A DNA stretch of 64,000 nucleotides from Promethearchaeota archaeon (GTDB taxonomy: Archaea > Asgardarchaeota > Lokiarchaeia > Sigyniarchaeales > SOKP01). Made by a program: the position numbers and the translations under genes. Every line of letters starts with the position of its first letter. The stretch's first letter is position 1. Shown here piece by piece: positions 1-10,439 of this stretch. The stretch lies in contig JAEOTR010000046.1 in NCBI GenBank assembly GCA_016839705.1, positions 41,770 to 105,769 on the forward strand. Reading direction: 5' to 3'. The notes below the pieces were generated by a model. That model was given only the letters and a program-made list of their open reading frames with translations, did no database searches and was not told the DNA's origin.

Positions 1-2
1 AA

Positions 3-272
3 GTGAAAGGATTTACTGATAGTTTTAGAGGTCCGGGAATTAAATTTTTTGGTGAGGATGTTTTTGATAGCTTTCTAAAAGAAAACAATTTAGAATTGCT
101 TATCAGAGCACATGAATGTTTCCCAGAAGGATTTAGGTGGTTCTTTCAGAAAAGGTTGTTATCAATATTTTCTTCAACAAATTACCGAGGATCATTTTCA
201 CCAAATCCTGCATCCTATGCAGTAATTAGGAAAAATGTAATTATCCCAAAAATTGTGAATATGAAAGAGTGA
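3..272 (+). CDS. PPP-family Ser/Thr protein phosphatase, C-terminal part (truncated by window edge)
   Basis: RG-x4-FG, IRAHE and SIFSSTNY match the PP1/PP2A C-terminal motifs (RGxxxxFG, RAHQ/E, TxFSAPNY). Confidence 0.8.
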   Translation: MKGFTDSFRGPGIKFFGEDVFDSFLKENNLELLIRAHECFPEGFRWFFQKRLLSIFSSTNYRGSFSPNPASYAVIRKNVIIPKIVNMKE

Positions 273-286
273 TATTAACAATAATT

Positions 287-550
287 TTATGTTATTTGTG
301 AAGCATCTGGTTTTATAAAGAGAAGATTATTACCACGGATGAATATTTCATTATATTTAGCCACGGGGCTTCCATCTAAAATTTCGGTGGCATCAGTTAG
401 AATCATATTCATATACGCATCTATTTCCCTTAATAATCCTTTATATTCTGTACCATCTTTTAACCTAAGCAAAATGACACTATTCTGAGCTTGCTGTAAG
501 ATAGAAAGAGGATTTTTTGATCGTTGTTGATTGTTATCTCTATTTGACAT
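287..550 (-). CDS. Sm/Lsm RNA-binding protein
   Basis: Sm1 motif (LKDGTEYKG...DAYMNMIL) and Sm2 motif (IFIRGNNL). Confidence 0.93.
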   Translation of the reverse strand: MSNRDNNQQRSKNPLSILQQAQNSVILLRLKDGTEYKGLLREIDAYMNMILTDATEILDGSPVAKYNEIFIRGNNLLFIKPDASQIT

Positions 551-668
551 TTTTAAACCTTTATTAAAAAATAATTAACTTTACATTTATTGAAAAGATA
601 ATTTAAAGTTAGATTTTTTTCAATTAAAACCTTTTTATCGATATGAAAAATAGAAAGTTTAAAATTAT

Positions 669-1286
669 ATGGTTTTTATAATGGGGAAAAATTTTAAGCC
701 TTTAAGCAAGAAGCAAGAAATTATTAACAGTTATGATTCATCAGCAGGTTATTATGATAATAGATATAGAAAAATACAAGAAGAAAAATATGATATTATT
801 CTCAATAATTATGATTTACTAGAGAAGCGAATTTTAGACAATGGATGTGGTACTGGACTTTTAATCGAATATTTATTAAATTCTAAGATAAATCATCATA
901 TCTTTAAATGTAAATACGTAGCAGTGGATATTTCATGGAAAATGCTGTGTAAATTTAAAAAAAAACTACTAAAGCTAAGAAATAAACCCAATGTGCTGTT
1001 TGTTTTATCAGACATGGAAAATTTACCTTTTCGAAATAATTCTTTTAACTTAATATTTTCACTTACTTCCTTTCAAAATTTACCCAATATTTTAAATGGA
1101 ATTCGAGAATCCCTTAGGGTGAGTGTAAATAAAGGTGATATTAAATTTTCAATTCTAAGGAAAAAATTGGAGCTGGATGAGGTAAAAAATTTGTTAACTC
1201 CATTTGTCAAAGACCTTGAAGTAACAAATAAGGAAGATATTGAAGATATTATTATCCAAGGTATCGTGATAAAAGAACCTACCTAA
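669..1286 (+). CDS. Class I SAM-dependent methyltransferase
   Basis: ILDNGCGTG motif I, VAVDIS, DMENLPF. Confidence 0.88.
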   Translation: MVFIMGKNFKPLSKKQEIINSYDSSAGYYDNRYRKIQEEKYDIILNNYDLLEKRILDNGCGTGLLIEYLLNSKINHHIFKCKYVAVDISWKMLCKFKKKLLKLRNKPNVLFVLSDMENLPFRNNSFNLIFSLTSFQNLPNILNGIRESLRVSVNKGDIKFSILRKKLELDEVKNLLTPFVKDLEVTNKEDIEDIIIQGIVIKEPT

Positions 1287-1291
1287 TTCTA

Positions 1292-2170
1292 TTATATTTT
1301 ATAAAAATTATTTATAATTTCCTCGGGGTTACTTTCAACATTGAATTTCTTTAAAAAATAACTACAAACATTTACAATATCCCTTTCTAAAAATGAATAA
1401 GCATTAGGATGATCTCGAGAGACCCATTGTAACCAATCAATGATGAGGATATTACCCTCTTCATCTAAAACAATATTAAATTCACCTAAATCTCCATGAA
1501 TCATCCCAACATTTTGAAAAATTGTTTTCATTTGTTTTATGATTCGATTAAAAATTTTTTGAGGTTTTTTAATATTCTTATGATAAACTAATTCTTTTCC
1601 TCTTAAATATGACATAATAATTACATGACGATTATACTCTATGGGTTTTGGGGTGTTTAATTTCAAAGGGTGAATTTTTTCTAACGCTTCAAATTCTCTT
1701 TTAGCAGCAAGTCTATTAACATAAAGCCAAGAATAGTGACTTCTATTACCCAAAAGATCTCTATATTTTTTAATAGCTCTAAAACTAGTTCGTCCCATGC
1801 GATAAAACTTTGCTGCAAAGATATTTTCATCATCATCAATACAACTATATACATCTGATTCTTTTCCCTTTCCAATTAAGGGCCCAAGCTGGCTAATCAC
1901 ATTTTTCTCAACTAATGTGTGTAGAGCAAGCAAATCATAAGCTTTTGAGTTAAGTGTATAAGCGATTTCAAATTTCGAAGCATCTCTTATTATAAGATCA
2001 AGCTTATGAACCTTATTTAAGCGAAACAATGTTTCCTCCATCTTATATCTAGAGTAAAATTTAATATTTTTAATGGTCACATATTTAGATCTTTTCATTC
2101 CAATCTCTATTGCCATTAAAATTCTAAAATCTTCTTTTTCCAAAGTAGGTAAAAGATTAGCGATCTCCAC
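1292..2170 (-). CDS. rio2: RIO2 atypical protein kinase
   Basis: N-terminal winged helix (DFRILMAIEIGM), GKGKESDVY, IHGDLGEFN, IIDW. Confidence 0.93.
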   Translation of the reverse strand: MEIANLLPTLEKEDFRILMAIEIGMKRSKYVTIKNIKFYSRYKMEETLFRLNKVHKLDLIIRDASKFEIAYTLNSKAYDLLALHTLVEKNVISQLGPLIGKGKESDVYSCIDDDENIFAAKFYRMGRTSFRAIKKYRDLLGNRSHYSWLYVNRLAAKREFEALEKIHPLKLNTPKPIEYNRHVIIMSYLRGKELVYHKNIKKPQKIFNRIIKQMKTIFQNVGMIHGDLGEFNIVLDEEGNILIIDWLQWVSRDHPNAYSFLERDIVNVCSYFLKKFNVESNPEEIINNFYKI

Positions 2171-2180
2171 GATTTCTCAG

Positions 2181-2963
2181 CTAGAATATATATTTTCGAT
2201 AGGTTTTTAGAAAAGATATAAATTTGTATATAGATGGTAGTTCAAAAATAACCACAGAGAAAAGATTAATTGATATGAAAACAATTATTTCACTTTTCAA
2301 AATATAGAAAATGGTTAATGTAGAACCGCTTTGGAACGTGAAGAGATAAATATCGAAATTTAAATACAGTATTAACCCAAAACAAATAATTAAACCAACA
2401 AGGGAGAAAATAATTATCTGGTTTTCAACCTCAATTAATCCGATAATTAAATTAATTGCTAAAAATAAAATTGTTAGCATAATAAAGATTCTGGAGGTAT
2501 TTATCCATGATTTGAAAGAGGTATTCTGGACTTCTAGATTTATGCTAGAAATTGGCCAAAGCAGAGCTGTGCTCAAATTTAATAAAGAAATTATTGGCAT
2601 AATAATTACAGCTAAAATAGAAATGAAAAAAGCACGTATCGTCATAAATCTACTAATTATTAAAGAACTCACCCCCTCATTTTTTGCGGATTCCAACATA
2701 GCTTCAATTTTCTTTTGAATTTCAATAGGAAAATTTTTCTTTGTTAACATAAGCTGAATGTTGAGTTCAGGGAAATTAGAAATTAACTCTTTTAGCTGAC
2801 CATACCCTATATTGTATCTTTGTCTGGTACTTTTTGATCCACTCCATAAATAGATCAATTCTTTTTCTTCATCCAAAATCACGCACATATCATGTGATAA
2901 TAGTGCATGTTCTTCTTCTCTCCACTGAGATTTGGAATCATCAAAAATGAATGTTCTCAGCAT
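2181..2963 (-). CDS. Gelsolin-like domain fused to about 4 TM helices
   Basis: LLSHDMCVILDEEKELIYLWSGSKST resembles the gelsolin-repeat core; four hydrophobic segments follow. Confidence 0.6.
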   Translation of the reverse strand: MLRTFIFDDSKSQWREEEHALLSHDMCVILDEEKELIYLWSGSKSTRQRYNIGYGQLKELISNFPELNIQLMLTKKNFPIEIQKKIEAMLESAKNEGVSSLIISRFMTIRAFFISILAVIIMPIISLLNLSTALLWPISSINLEVQNTSFKSWINTSRIFIMLTILFLAINLIIGLIEVENQIIIFSLVGLIICFGLILYLNFDIYLFTFQSGSTLTIFYILKSEIIVFISINLFSVVIFELPSIYKFISFLKTYRKYIF

Positions 2964-3055
2964 TTATCATCTAATTATCTTAACAAGAGGAAGTTTTTAT
3001 TCTTTTCTATCATACATCAAGCAAATTAAAACCTAATACTGACTTATGCTTATTA

Positions 3056-3970
3056 TTATCTTTTTTGGGACTGTTGATTAGCAAGTCTGATTTGAATTTC
3101 TTCCCAGATATTATTAATATACTCTCTATAGCTTTTAATAATCTGTTCATCCATAGAGGTAAATCTTTTCTGAAATTTCAGATATTCAGTTATAGGTTTT
3201 CGTCGAGATGCATCTATATATTTTTTACTAGGTTTAGATAACTTAAATTCTCCGTTAATTACTTCATAAAGGGGCCAAAAACCTGTTTCAGTTGCTAGTC
3301 TTCCGATTAAAATAGTATCCTTAGGTTCATAGCCCCATCCAGGTGGACATGGGGATAAAATATGAATATATTTAGTTCCTTTTATCTCTTTAGCTTTCTT
3401 AAATTTCTCGTATAAATCGAGAGGGTATGAGGCATTCGCAGTAGCAACATACGGGATATTATGTGCTTCCAATATCTTTGGCATATTCTTCTTGAGGGTA
3501 AGCTTCCCTTCAGGAGTCGTTGTAGTGCGGACCCCTAATGGTGTTGATCCACTTCTTTGAACTCCAGTATTCATATAAGCTTCATTATCGTAACACGCAT
3601 AAATAAAATTGGTACCCCTTTCTGCAGCTCCACTTAAGGCTTGGATTCCTATATCAGTCGTACCTCCATCACCTGCAAAAGCAAGCACATTTATATCATC
3701 AGATAACCCTTTATCTTCAAGTGATGCTAGTATCCCTGATGCAGAAGCACCTGTGGTTGCAAATGGAGTATGATAAACAGAAACTTTTGTAGTACAAAAA
3801 CCCTGCATTCCATGCAGAACAGTTAGGCAAGATGCTGGTACAGTTATGATTGTATTAGGACCTAATGCTTTAAGTGCAATCCTATAAATTAATGCCATGC
3901 CACATCCAGAGCACGCTCGAGTCCCGGGATAAATAAATTCTTCTTCAGGAAGATCCATAACATTTACCAC
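3056..3970 (-). CDS. porB: Pyruvate/2-oxoacid:ferredoxin oxidoreductase beta subunit
   Basis: ACSGCG, TPP-binding GDGG...DNEAYMNTG, SPCPPGW. Confidence 0.93.
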   Translation of the reverse strand: MVNVMDLPEEEFIYPGTRACSGCGMALIYRIALKALGPNTIITVPASCLTVLHGMQGFCTTKVSVYHTPFATTGASASGILASLEDKGLSDDINVLAFAGDGGTTDIGIQALSGAAERGTNFIYACYDNEAYMNTGVQRSGSTPLGVRTTTTPEGKLTLKKNMPKILEAHNIPYVATANASYPLDLYEKFKKAKEIKGTKYIHILSPCPPGWGYEPKDTILIGRLATETGFWPLYEVINGEFKLSKPSKKYIDASRRKPITEYLKFQKRFTSMDEQIIKSYREYINNIWEEIQIRLANQQSQKR

Positions 3971-3976
3971 TATTTT

Positions 3977-5239
3977 TCACCCACTCTTAAAATAAGTTGA
4001 TTCATCATAATCACCTAATTCATCTAATTGTAAACCCAAAAAATCCGTTTTATTTGTAAATAAACCTTGTTTAAATTCTTTCAAAGCTTTTTGAACACCA
4101 ATAATAATGTGATCTGTTTTGACATCTCTGCCACCTAAACCAACAATAAAACCCTTAATGTTTGGTCTATTATTTAAACTATAGAGCGCAGCTTTTAACT
4201 CGTAAGATAAAACTCCCTCATATCCATATCCAATTTCTCGATCAAATACTATAATATTTTCTTTATCTTGGAAAAATTCCCTCAAATCCTCATGTGGGAA
4301 AGGTCTAAAGAGCTTAAGACTAACGATTCCTATTTTCAATCCTTCTGATCTTAGCTTTTTTAATGCTACTCTAGCTTGAGAAGCAACCGATCCCATAGCA
4401 AAGATTATGGTATTAGCATCCTCTGTTTGAATTGTTTTATAAATGCCATTTCCGTAAGATCTTCCGAATCTTTTAGCAAATTCATTATGAACTTCTTTAA
4501 TAATATTAAAAGAATTTTCCAAAGATTTTTGAAGCGCGTATCTATATTCGTAGTAACCTGGAGCTGTTCCCTCTGAACGGGAGATAACTTGAGGAGTAGT
4601 TACTGGATCAACTCCTTTTACTTGAGAAATATCAGATAAATTAATATGGTGGTCGAGAGGAGGTAAATACTCATCAATATCTTCTTGAGGTTCTAGTTTT
4701 ACGGGCATTGCAGTGTGTGAAAGGATATACCCATCATAAGCACACACTACAGGAAGATATATTCTTGAATCTTCAGCAATTTTAAAAGCTTGGAGGTTTG
4801 TATCATAAATTTCTTGATTAGTTTCACAGAACAATTGAATCCACCCTACGTCTCTAATAGTTACGAAATCTTGATGGTCTGTCCAAACTGACCACGGGGC
4901 ACCTAAACTTCTCGTTGCCAAATTGAGGACGATTGGTAATCGATTACCTGAAGCCCAAGGTAACATTTCATACATCAATTCTAAACCATGAGCAGAAGTT
5001 GCTGTAGCTACCCTGGAGCCTGTAGCAGAGGCCGCACATAAAACCGCCATTGCACTATGCTCCGATTCAACTTTTACAAATCTAGCGTTTAACTTACCTT
5101 CTGCGATAAATTCTGCGATTTTTTCGACGACGGGGCTTTGAGGTGTGATTGGATAAGCAGAAACAACCCCGACTTTTGCTTGTCTAAATGCATGTGCTGC
5201 AGCGTGATTACCTGTTAAAATCATTATATTATTACTCAC
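3977..5239 (-). CDS. porA: Pyruvate/2-oxoacid:ferredoxin oxidoreductase alpha subunit
   Basis: YPITPQ, ESEHSA, GLGGRD. Start placed at GTG 5239, overlapping the porD stop (GTGA). Confidence 0.93.
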   Translation of the reverse strand: MSNNIMILTGNHAAAHAFRQAKVGVVSAYPITPQSPVVEKIAEFIAEGKLNARFVKVESEHSAMAVLCAASATGSRVATATSAHGLELMYEMLPWASGNRLPIVLNLATRSLGAPWSVWTDHQDFVTIRDVGWIQLFCETNQEIYDTNLQAFKIAEDSRIYLPVVCAYDGYILSHTAMPVKLEPQEDIDEYLPPLDHHINLSDISQVKGVDPVTTPQVISRSEGTAPGYYEYRYALQKSLENSFNIIKEVHNEFAKRFGRSYGNGIYKTIQTEDANTIIFAMGSVASQARVALKKLRSEGLKIGIVSLKLFRPFPHEDLREFFQDKENIIVFDREIGYGYEGVLSYELKAALYSLNNRPNIKGFIVGLGGRDVKTDHIIIGVQKALKEFKQGLFTNKTDFLGLQLDELGDYDESTYFKSG

Positions 5240-5535
5240 CCTTTTTTCACCTCTTCCATTGAGATCGCTTTTGCGGGGCATTCCATCATACATATTCCAC
5301 ATCCCTTACAATAATTGAGATCGATCGTCGGAGGGATGGTTCTAGTAACAACTGCTTCTGGGCAATATAGCCAACAATTAAAACACGCATTTTTTCCCGA
5401 TTTAACAGGAATACACTTCTTTAAATCTATTTTTGGCTTTTTAGAACTCCAAGTTCCAGTCTGACCTGCTTCAGCTATTACCGGTTTTTGAACGGAACCT
5501 AAAATTTTTTGATAATCTTTTTTTGAGTCTGTCAT
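5236..5535 (-). CDS. porD: 2-oxoacid:ferredoxin oxidoreductase delta subunit (2x4Fe-4S)
   Basis: TGTW, CFNCWLYCP, YCKGCGICMMECP. Confidence 0.92.
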   Translation of the reverse strand: MTDSKKDYQKILGSVQKPVIAEAGQTGTWSSKKPKIDLKKCIPVKSGKNACFNCWLYCPEAVVTRTIPPTIDLNYCKGCGICMMECPAKAISMEEVKKG

Positions 5536-5799
5536 CTCTACACTTAAAATCAGATTCTTCTAAAAAGTTTAACGTAGTGAAATTTTTAATTCTTACCATT
5601 TAGAAATATAGAAGTTTAAAGGGGATTTCCATTTATTTTTCAATGTAAGTAAATAGAGGATAAGAACCGCTAGGTGATACATTCTTTTAAATAAGAAATA
5701 AATAGGTGTTAATTCATTAATCTATTAATTATTTTACGCTAGTAGAAAATTGTAGAGCAACTTGAATTATGTGGATTAATCTTAAAAATCAAATAAAAA

Positions 5800-8484
5800 A
5801 TGGGAATTTCCGGGATTGATATGGTTTTTTCTAAAGAACTATTTATAGAAATAACTAATGAGATTAATGATTTAATCTTTATTTTAGATTTAGATTTTAG
5901 AATTGAGTATATGAACGAGAAGGTATACTCAAAACTATTAGGATATTCATATGAAGAATTGATTAGTAAAAAGATCAGTAATATCATCGATACTCACGAT
6001 TTTGAAAAATTGAAAGAAAGTTTTGAGAGAAAGGATAACAGGTGTGAAAATTCAATTGATATCCAAATCTTATGCAAAGATGGTAAAAAATTATGGTTTG
6101 AGAGCAAGATTAAGATTATAACAAATAAGAATGGGGAAAGGCGTATTCTTTTTATTTTAAAAGATATTTCGGAGAGAAAGCGAACGGAATTAATTGCTAA
6201 AGAATCAAAAGAAAAATATGAAAGTATAATTAAAACAATTAATGAAGGGTATTATGAGGTTGATCTAAAGGGAAATTTTACGTTTGTTAGTGAAGCGTTA
6301 TGCAAATTTGTTGGATACACGCAAGACGAATTGTTAGGGAAAAACTATACTATGATGACTGAGAGGAAAGCAAATAAATTAGTGTTTAAAACATTTAACA
6401 CAGTTTTTAAAACTGAAATACAGAAAAATCTATTTCAATTTCAGGTTATTAGAAAAAATGGGGAGAGAGCATTTTTTGAAACCTCTGTCTACTTGAAATA
6501 TGCTACAAATGGTAGAAAAATTGGATTTTACGGTATAGTAAGAGATATCACAGAAAGGAAAAAAGAAGAGGATTTAGAAGAGAAATTTAAAGTTGAACTT
6601 GCACAGACCGTAAGGCTGAGAACAAGAGAATTAGAAGAATCTGAAGAGAAATATAGTAATCTCTTCCAACATTCAAATGATGGTATTTTCTTTCATGATT
6701 TGGAAGGAAATATTATTGATGTTAACCAAAAAGTGTTAGAACAATTCGGATATACCAAAACCGAAATATTGGCTCTTAATATTAGTCAACTCCATCCAAT
6801 TAGCGAACTTGTAGAATCAAAAAAGGCTTTTGAACAAATTGCGAAAGATGGATATGTCAGGTTTGAAATTAACTTTAAGAAGAAGAATGGTGATATATTC
6901 CCCGCTGAAGTGTCTTCTAGTTTTTTTACTGTCGGTTCGGAGAGTTTTATCCAAGGAATTGTACGGGATATAACCACTCGAAAACAATCCGAATTAAGAC
7001 TTAAGGATTCTGAAGAAAAGTATCGCAGTATGATTAATAATTTAGATTTAGGATTTTATCAAGTGGATTGGCAAGGAAATTTATTAAATTATAATCCTGC
7101 TTTTAGTTCTTTGCTAGGATTTGAACCAAATGAAAATTTATTAAAAGCTAATGTGAAACAGTTTTGGCAAAATCCCGTTGAGCGTAAGGCTTACCTAGAT
7201 TTATTAAAAGACGAAGGGCTCATTAAAAATTATATTGTACCTTCGCAAAAAAGGAATGGCCAAAAAATCATATTACAATTAAACTCTCATGTAATTACGA
7301 ATGAATTTGGGGAACCCTTTAAGATTCAAGGGTTAATATCTGATATTACAGAAAAATTTGAGTTAGAACAAAAAGTGAAATTGTCTGAGAATAGGTATCG
7401 AAATTTAATAGAATCTGTACCCCTTTCAATAGCACTTGTTGATCAAACAGGTTTTGTTATTTATTGCAATCCTGCAACAGAGAAATTATTAGGATATAGT
7501 GAAGAAGAATTAATTGGTAAAGAATTTAGGAAACTTCCTGCAATAAATCAGAAGTATCTTCCAATGATGCTTGAACGGTTTCAAAAAGTTAGTAAAGGAG
7601 TAATATTACCACCGTTTGACGTGGAATTATATAAAAAAGACGGTAGTGTAATTTGGATAAGCTATCAAACCTCATTAGTCAAGTTAGATGACGAGATTTT
7701 GATTCAGGCAGTTCTTAATGATATTACGGAGCGTAAAAGGGCTAATCTTCTTATTGAGGAGGAAATTCTAAAATTAAAAGAATTAGATCAAATTAGGAAA
7801 GATTTAATATCAAGAGTTTCTCATGAATTGAAAACTCCTCTTGTTTCTGTATGTGGCGCTTCTGAATTACTTTTAGAATTATTTAAAAATGAGTTAAAAA
7901 CAGATATTATCGAATTAATTGAAATGATCGAGAAAGGTGGTACACGATTAAAACACTTAGTTGATAATTTACTTGATATAACTCGTATTGAATATAATAA
8001 ATTTGAATTGAAAAGAGATATCGTCAATTTAAGTGAAATTATAAAAGACTGCGCAAAAGAGATGAGGTATCTGATAAAAATGCGAAAACTAGAACTTGTT
8101 TTCAACATTCCAGATGAATTACACGTAGAAATTGATAAAATTAGAATGGAACAAGTAATATTGAATCTTTTATCTAATGCAATTAAAAACACGCCTCCCA
8201 ATGGAAAAATTATAATGAAATTATATAAGAAAGGAGATTGGGCAGAATTTGCAATAAGCGATACCGGTATTGGTTTAACTCGAGAGGAAATGGATAGGCT
8301 CTTTACAAGATTTGGCAAGATCGAAAGATATGGAGAAGGTTTAGAATATATTGATATTCAGGGTTCTGGTCTCGGATTATATATTTCCAAAGAAATTTTA
8401 GATTTACATGAAGGTCAAATTAGGGCGGAATCTGCTGGGAGAGATAAAGGTTGCACATTTACAATAAAGATACCAATCAAATAA
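5800..8484 (+). CDS. Cytoplasmic multi-PAS (about 5) sensor histidine kinase
   Basis: Repeated PAS/PAC ends (DITERK), SHELKTPL H-box, NAIK, DTGIG and GSGLGL boxes; no TM or receiver domain. Confidence 0.93.
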   Translation: MGISGIDMVFSKELFIEITNEINDLIFILDLDFRIEYMNEKVYSKLLGYSYEELISKKISNIIDTHDFEKLKESFERKDNRCENSIDIQILCKDGKKLWFESKIKIITNKNGERRILFILKDISERKRTELIAKESKEKYESIIKTINEGYYEVDLKGNFTFVSEALCKFVGYTQDELLGKNYTMMTERKANKLVFKTFNTVFKTEIQKNLFQFQVIRKNGERAFFETSVYLKYATNGRKIGFYGIVRDITERKKEEDLEEKFKVELAQTVRLRTRELEESEEKYSNLFQHSNDGIFFHDLEGNIIDVNQKVLEQFGYTKTEILALNISQLHPISELVESKKAFEQIAKDGYVRFEINFKKKNGDIFPAEVSSSFFTVGSESFIQGIVRDITTRKQSELRLKDSEEKYRSMINNLDLGFYQVDWQGNLLNYNPAFSSLLGFEPNENLLKANVKQFWQNPVERKAYLDLLKDEGLIKNYIVPSQKRNGQKIILQLNSHVITNEFGEPFKIQGLISDITEKFELEQKVKLSENRYRNLIESVPLSIALVDQTGFVIYCNPATEKLLGYSEEELIGKEFRKLPAINQKYLPMMLERFQKVSKGVILPPFDVELYKKDGSVIWISYQTSLVKLDDEILIQAVLNDITERKRANLLIEEEILKLKELDQIRKDLISRVSHELKTPLVSVCGASELLLELFKNELKTDIIELIEMIEKGGTRLKHLVDNLLDITRIEYNKFELKRDIVNLSEIIKDCAKEMRYLIKMRKLELVFNIPDELHVEIDKIRMEQVILNLLSNAIKNTPPNGKIIMKLYKKGDWAEFAISDTGIGLTREEMDRLFTRFGKIERYGEGLEYIDIQGSGLGLYISKEILDLHEGQIRAESAGRDKGCTFTIKIPIK

Positions 8485-8531
8485 GAAAATTAAATTATCA
8501 TAAAATTTGAAAAAAATATCCATCGCTAGAA

Positions 8532-10421
8532 ATGAAATACGATAGAGGAGAAATTGAAGAGAGTTATAAAGATTTATTTGACTATTCTTTAGATATAATT
8601 TATGTTAGCGATCTGAGAGGAAATTTTCTTGATGCTAATGATATAGCATTAGAAAGGCTTGGATATAAAAGAGAAGAGGTCCTTAACATTTCCTTTTTAG
8701 ATTTACTTGACAAAGATGAATTAATAAAGGCTTTTGAAGTAATCAAGGAAATAAAAAATACAGGAAAACAATCAAAACATAGACAGTATAAACTTAAAAC
8801 AAAATATGGAGAGATCATATACGTGGAAACATTTGGAATTCCATTGAGAAAGAGCGGTAAAATTTATGCCATTTTAGGTATTGGAAACGATATTACAGAC
8901 ATAAAGTTTGCTGAGCAAAAATTAATTGAATCAGAAGAAAAATATCGACATTTATTTCAGAGTTCTCCTTTTTTTGTGGGATTAGTAGACTTAAACGGGG
9001 TATTAATAGATTGCAATGATATCGTAAATAAGCTTCTTTCGGTTCACACAAAAGAGGATATTATTGGAAAGAATTTTAGAGAAATCTTTGCAATAAATGA
9101 GAAGAATAATGATGTTATCCCACTATTTAAGGCACTTTTTAAGAAGATAATTCAAGGTAAAACTCCAGAACCTATTGAATTTAAGTTAAATCGAACTGTA
9201 GGAGACTTTTTATGGTTAAATTTACGTGGATCACTCATAAATATTGAAAAAAAGAATTTAATTCAATTCATAATTCAAGATATTTCAGACAAAAAAAAAG
9301 CTGAACAAAAATTAAAGGAGTCCGAAGAAAAATATCGGTTTCTATTTGAAGATTCCCCATTTTCTATAATTCTAATAAATTCTAGGGGTATAGTCATTGA
9401 TTGCAATCCTGCAATTCTATTATTAGGGGATTATGAAAAAGAAGATTTGATAGATATCCCATTTAAGGATTTGAAAATAATACCTGAGGAATTCCTTCAA
9501 ACTTTAATAGATTTATTTACACGTTTCATTAAAGGAGAAGTTTTACACCGTATAGATATTCAGTTATATAAAAAAGATAGTAGTCTAATTTGGGCTAATT
9601 TACAAGCTTCTCTGGTTGAAGTTGGTGGTGAAACATTCGTTCAGGTAATTTTACATGATATAACTAAACGAAAGGAAGCAGAACTTTTAATAAACGAAGA
9701 GATCCAAAAGTTAAAAGATCTAGATCAATTACGAAAGGATTTGATCTCGAGGGTGTCACATGAATTAAAAACACCCCTAGTATCTGTATTTGCCAGTTCA
9801 GAATATCTTTTAAGTGAATATAAAGATAAATTAGGAGAAGATGTATTGGAATTAATTCAAATGATACAAAAGGGTGGAAATAGATTGAAGCATTTAGTAA
9901 ATAACCTATTAGATATCACAAGAATTGAATATAATAAATTCAATCTAGAAAAAGAGACAATTAACCTTTCTGAAATAATAATAGAATGTTCAGAAGAGAT
10001 GAAGTACCTAATTAGGGGGAGGAAGCTTGAGCTTGAATTAAATCTTCCACAGAATTTATACTTAAAAATAGATAGAATAAGAATACAACAAGTTATTACT
10101 AATTTACTCCTTAATGCAATAAAAAATACCCCACCTTACGGGAAAATAATAATAATCCTTTGGAAAAATGAGGACTGGGTAGAAATTTCGATAAAAGATA
10201 CAGGAGTTGGGTTAACCAAAGAAGAAATGGAGATAATATTTACCAGATTTGGTAAAATTGAAAGAGTAGGAGAAGGATTAGAATATATTGACATTCAGGG
10301 CTCAGGATTAGGATTATTTATATCAAAAGAAATAGCTCAGTTACATGGTGGATTAATTACCGCAAAATCAGAAGGTAGACATAAGGGAAGTATCTTTACC
10401 ATAAAAATTCCCTTTGATTGA
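8532..10421 (+). CDS. Cytoplasmic multi-PAS (about 3) sensor histidine kinase
   Basis: PAS repeats plus SHELKTPL and HATPase boxes; close paralogue of the upstream kinase. Confidence 0.93.
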   Translation: MKYDRGEIEESYKDLFDYSLDIIYVSDLRGNFLDANDIALERLGYKREEVLNISFLDLLDKDELIKAFEVIKEIKNTGKQSKHRQYKLKTKYGEIIYVETFGIPLRKSGKIYAILGIGNDITDIKFAEQKLIESEEKYRHLFQSSPFFVGLVDLNGVLIDCNDIVNKLLSVHTKEDIIGKNFREIFAINEKNNDVIPLFKALFKKIIQGKTPEPIEFKLNRTVGDFLWLNLRGSLINIEKKNLIQFIIQDISDKKKAEQKLKESEEKYRFLFEDSPFSIILINSRGIVIDCNPAILLLGDYEKEDLIDIPFKDLKIIPEEFLQTLIDLFTRFIKGEVLHRIDIQLYKKDSSLIWANLQASLVEVGGETFVQVILHDITKRKEAELLINEEIQKLKDLDQLRKDLISRVSHELKTPLVSVFASSEYLLSEYKDKLGEDVLELIQMIQKGGNRLKHLVNNLLDITRIEYNKFNLEKETINLSEIIIECSEEMKYLIRGRKLELELNLPQNLYLKIDRIRIQQVITNLLLNAIKNTPPYGKIIIILWKNEDWVEISIKDTGVGLTKEEMEIIFTRFGKIERVGEGLEYIDIQGSGLGLFISKEIAQLHGGLITAKSEGRHKGSIFTIKIPFD

Positions 10422-10439
10422 TTAATAGGTTAAATTGGA

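Noticed and set aside
5240-5302. N-terminal extension of PorA in the ORF track
   Set aside because: It overlaps the porD ferredoxin motif; GTG at 5239 coupled to the porD stop is the more plausible start.
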